Of a DNA stretch of 37,192 nucleotides, positions 35,341 to 37,192 are shown in pieces. The notes below the pieces were generated by a model, which saw nothing but the letters and a program-made list of their open reading frames with translations, did no database searches and was not told where the DNA came from. Each line of letters begins with the position of its first letter. Position 1 is the first letter of the stretch. The stretch comes from Chiloscyllium plagiosum (Eukaryota), in NCBI RefSeq assembly GCF_004010195.1, contig NC_057750.1:12679399-12716590 (forward strand). The letters run 5' to 3'. Position numbers and translations under genes: made by a program.

Positions 35341-35429
35341 AGAGAATGAAGTGCGGAGCTGGAAAAAGCACAGCAGCTCATACAGAAGAGAAGGAGTGTC
35401 AACATTTTGGGAGGGACCTTCATCAGGAG
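35341..35429 (-). mobile_element. Degenerate short PLE-terminus copy with an HHR remnant
   Basis: GCTGGAAAAAGCACAGCAG..GTCAACATTTTGGG..CCTTCATCAGGA. Confidence 0.65.
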
Positions 35430-35612
35430 TCAGTACATGCCAGTGGCCAGTGTTACTAGTTCCCGCAGTTCCAGAGCATCCACAGTTCTTTGCTTTATAT
35501 TACTAGTTTCTCCCTCTGGTCAGGAACTTCACCCCAGGCTTTGGAGACCTAAAAGGAAAGTTTGCCCCTAACTATTGTCCTCTTCAGCACACCCCCCACC
35601 ATTTCAAGAACA

Positions 35613-35953
35613 GGCGGTACGGTGGCTCAGTGGCTAGCACTGCTGCCTCACAGCACCAGGGACCCGGGTTCGATTCCAGCCTCGGGCGACTGTCTGCGTG
35701 GAGTTTGTACATTCTCCCCGGGTCTGTGCGGGTTTCCTCCGGTTGTCTGCTTTCCTCCCACAGTCCAAAGTTATGCATGTTCGGGTGGATTGGCCATGCT
35801 GAATTGCCCGTAGTGTTCAGGGATGTGCAGTTTAGGAGGGTTAGCCACAGTCCCGACCCTATGTGTGGTTATGGGGTGGGGTTTAAGTGGGATGCTCTTT
35901 GAAGAATTGGTACAGATTGAATAGCCTCTCCCTGCGCTGTAGGGATTCTATGA
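35613..35953 (+). mobile_element. HE1-type V-SINE
   Basis: TGGCTCAGTGG and GGTTCGATTCC boxes, V domain, CTGTAGGGATTCTATGA tail. Confidence 0.9.
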
Positions 35954-36186
35954 AAGGATTGCTGTCTTGTATGAAGATGGCAGGCCACTGATAGTGAACG
36001 GGAATCATTCTCATTGTTAATTCCACAGCCTTCTTTATTTCAGGAAGCAATTAGTCTCCCCTCAGTTCATCTGATCCACCTTGCGTGCTCTCAAGCAACC
36101 AACTCAGCCTGGTTGAGCTTGAGAACTGTGTTTGACTACATCTTCTACCGGTGGCCAACGCTTTTTGGACACACATCCTGGAGAGA

Positions 36187-37192
36187 TCACAGTGTTCCGC
36201 AAGGCTCAGTGTCGGGACCACATCTTTTCGCTTTATGCATTAACGATCTTAATGAAGGAGCTGAGGGCATTCTGACTAGGTTTGCAGGCGATACAAAGAT
36301 AAGTAGAGGGACTGGTAGCATTGAGGAGGCGGGGAGGCTGCAGAAGGATTTGGGCAGGTTAGGAGAGTGGGCGAAGAAGTGGCAGGTGGAATACAATGTG
36401 GGAAAGTGTGAGGTCATGCACTTTGGTCAGAAGAATAGAGGCATGGACTATTTTCTAAATGGGGAGAAAATTCAAAAATCTGAAGTACAGATACTTGGGA
36501 GTTCTTGTCCAAAAGTCTCTCAAGTTAAATTTGCAGGTTGAGTCAGCAGTTCGGAAGGCAAATGCAATGATGGCATTTATTTCGAGAGGACTTGAATATA
36601 AAAGGAGGGATGTAGTTCTGAGGCTCTAGAAGGCTCTGGTCAGACCACATTTGGAGTTTTGAGCCCCATATCTCAGGAAGGATGTACTGGTCCTGGAGTG
36701 TGTTCAGAGGAGGTTCATGGGAATGGTCCCAGGAATGAAATGCGTAACATATGAGGAACATTTGAGGATTCCGAATCTATATTTGATGGAGTTTAGAAGG
36801 ATGGGGAGGGGGGGGATCTAATTGAAACTTAGGGAATACTGAATGGCCCTGGACAGAGTGGATGTTGGGAAGATGTTTCTATTGGTAGGAGAGACTAGGA
36901 CCTGAGGGCACAACCTTAGAATAAAGAGAAGACCTTTTAGAATGGAGATAAGGAGAAACTTCTTCAGCTGGAGAGTGGGGAGAAGATGTTTCTATTGGTA
37001 GGAGAGACTAGGACCTGAGGGCACAACCTTAGAATAAAGAGAAGACCTTTTAGAATGGAGATAAGGAGAAACTTCTTCAGCTGGAGAGTGGGGAATCCAT
37101 GGAATTCATAGCCACAGAAGGTTGTGGGGACCAGGTCATTGAGTATATTTAAGACTGAGATAGATAGGTTCTTGATTGGATAGGGGTTCAAG
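36187..37192 (+). mobile_element. 5'-truncated CR1 LINE running off the window end
   Basis: SVPQGSVSGP.LF..INDL..RFAGDTKI, WAKKWQVEYNVGKCEVMHFG. Confidence 0.9.
36869..37094 (+). repeat. Exact 113-bp tandem duplication inside the CR1
   Basis: 36869-36981 equals 36982-37094. Confidence 0.9.

Overview
This is vertebrate, repeat-dense non-coding DNA, most likely from a shark. That is an inference from HE1-type V-SINEs, HER1/CR1 LINEs and DeuSINE-like remnants; the species cannot be fixed from the sequence alone. I found no convincing host exon. Every recognisable coding segment is transposon-derived: 5'-truncated CR1 LINEs, an older second LINE family, L2 tails, a decayed Gmr1-type LTR retrotransposon (SCAN-like Gag, order PR-IN-RT-RH), two solo LTRs, Penelope-like elements (PLEs) with GIY-YIG remnants, tRNA-derived SINEs and a possible Harbinger relic. 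The most notable signal is about 11 intact-to-degenerate minimal type I hammerhead ribozyme (HHR) motifs from at least four PLE-related families. Several sit in tiny 90-160 bp non-coding insertions with target-site duplications (TSDs), and many are in fold-back (inverted) arrangements. In one copy the inversion junction falls at the predicted ribozyme cleavage site. There are five assembly gaps (1354-1469, 3741-3888, 5940-6056, 14264-14763, 33713-34602). Family names come from my recall of consensus motifs, not from database searches.
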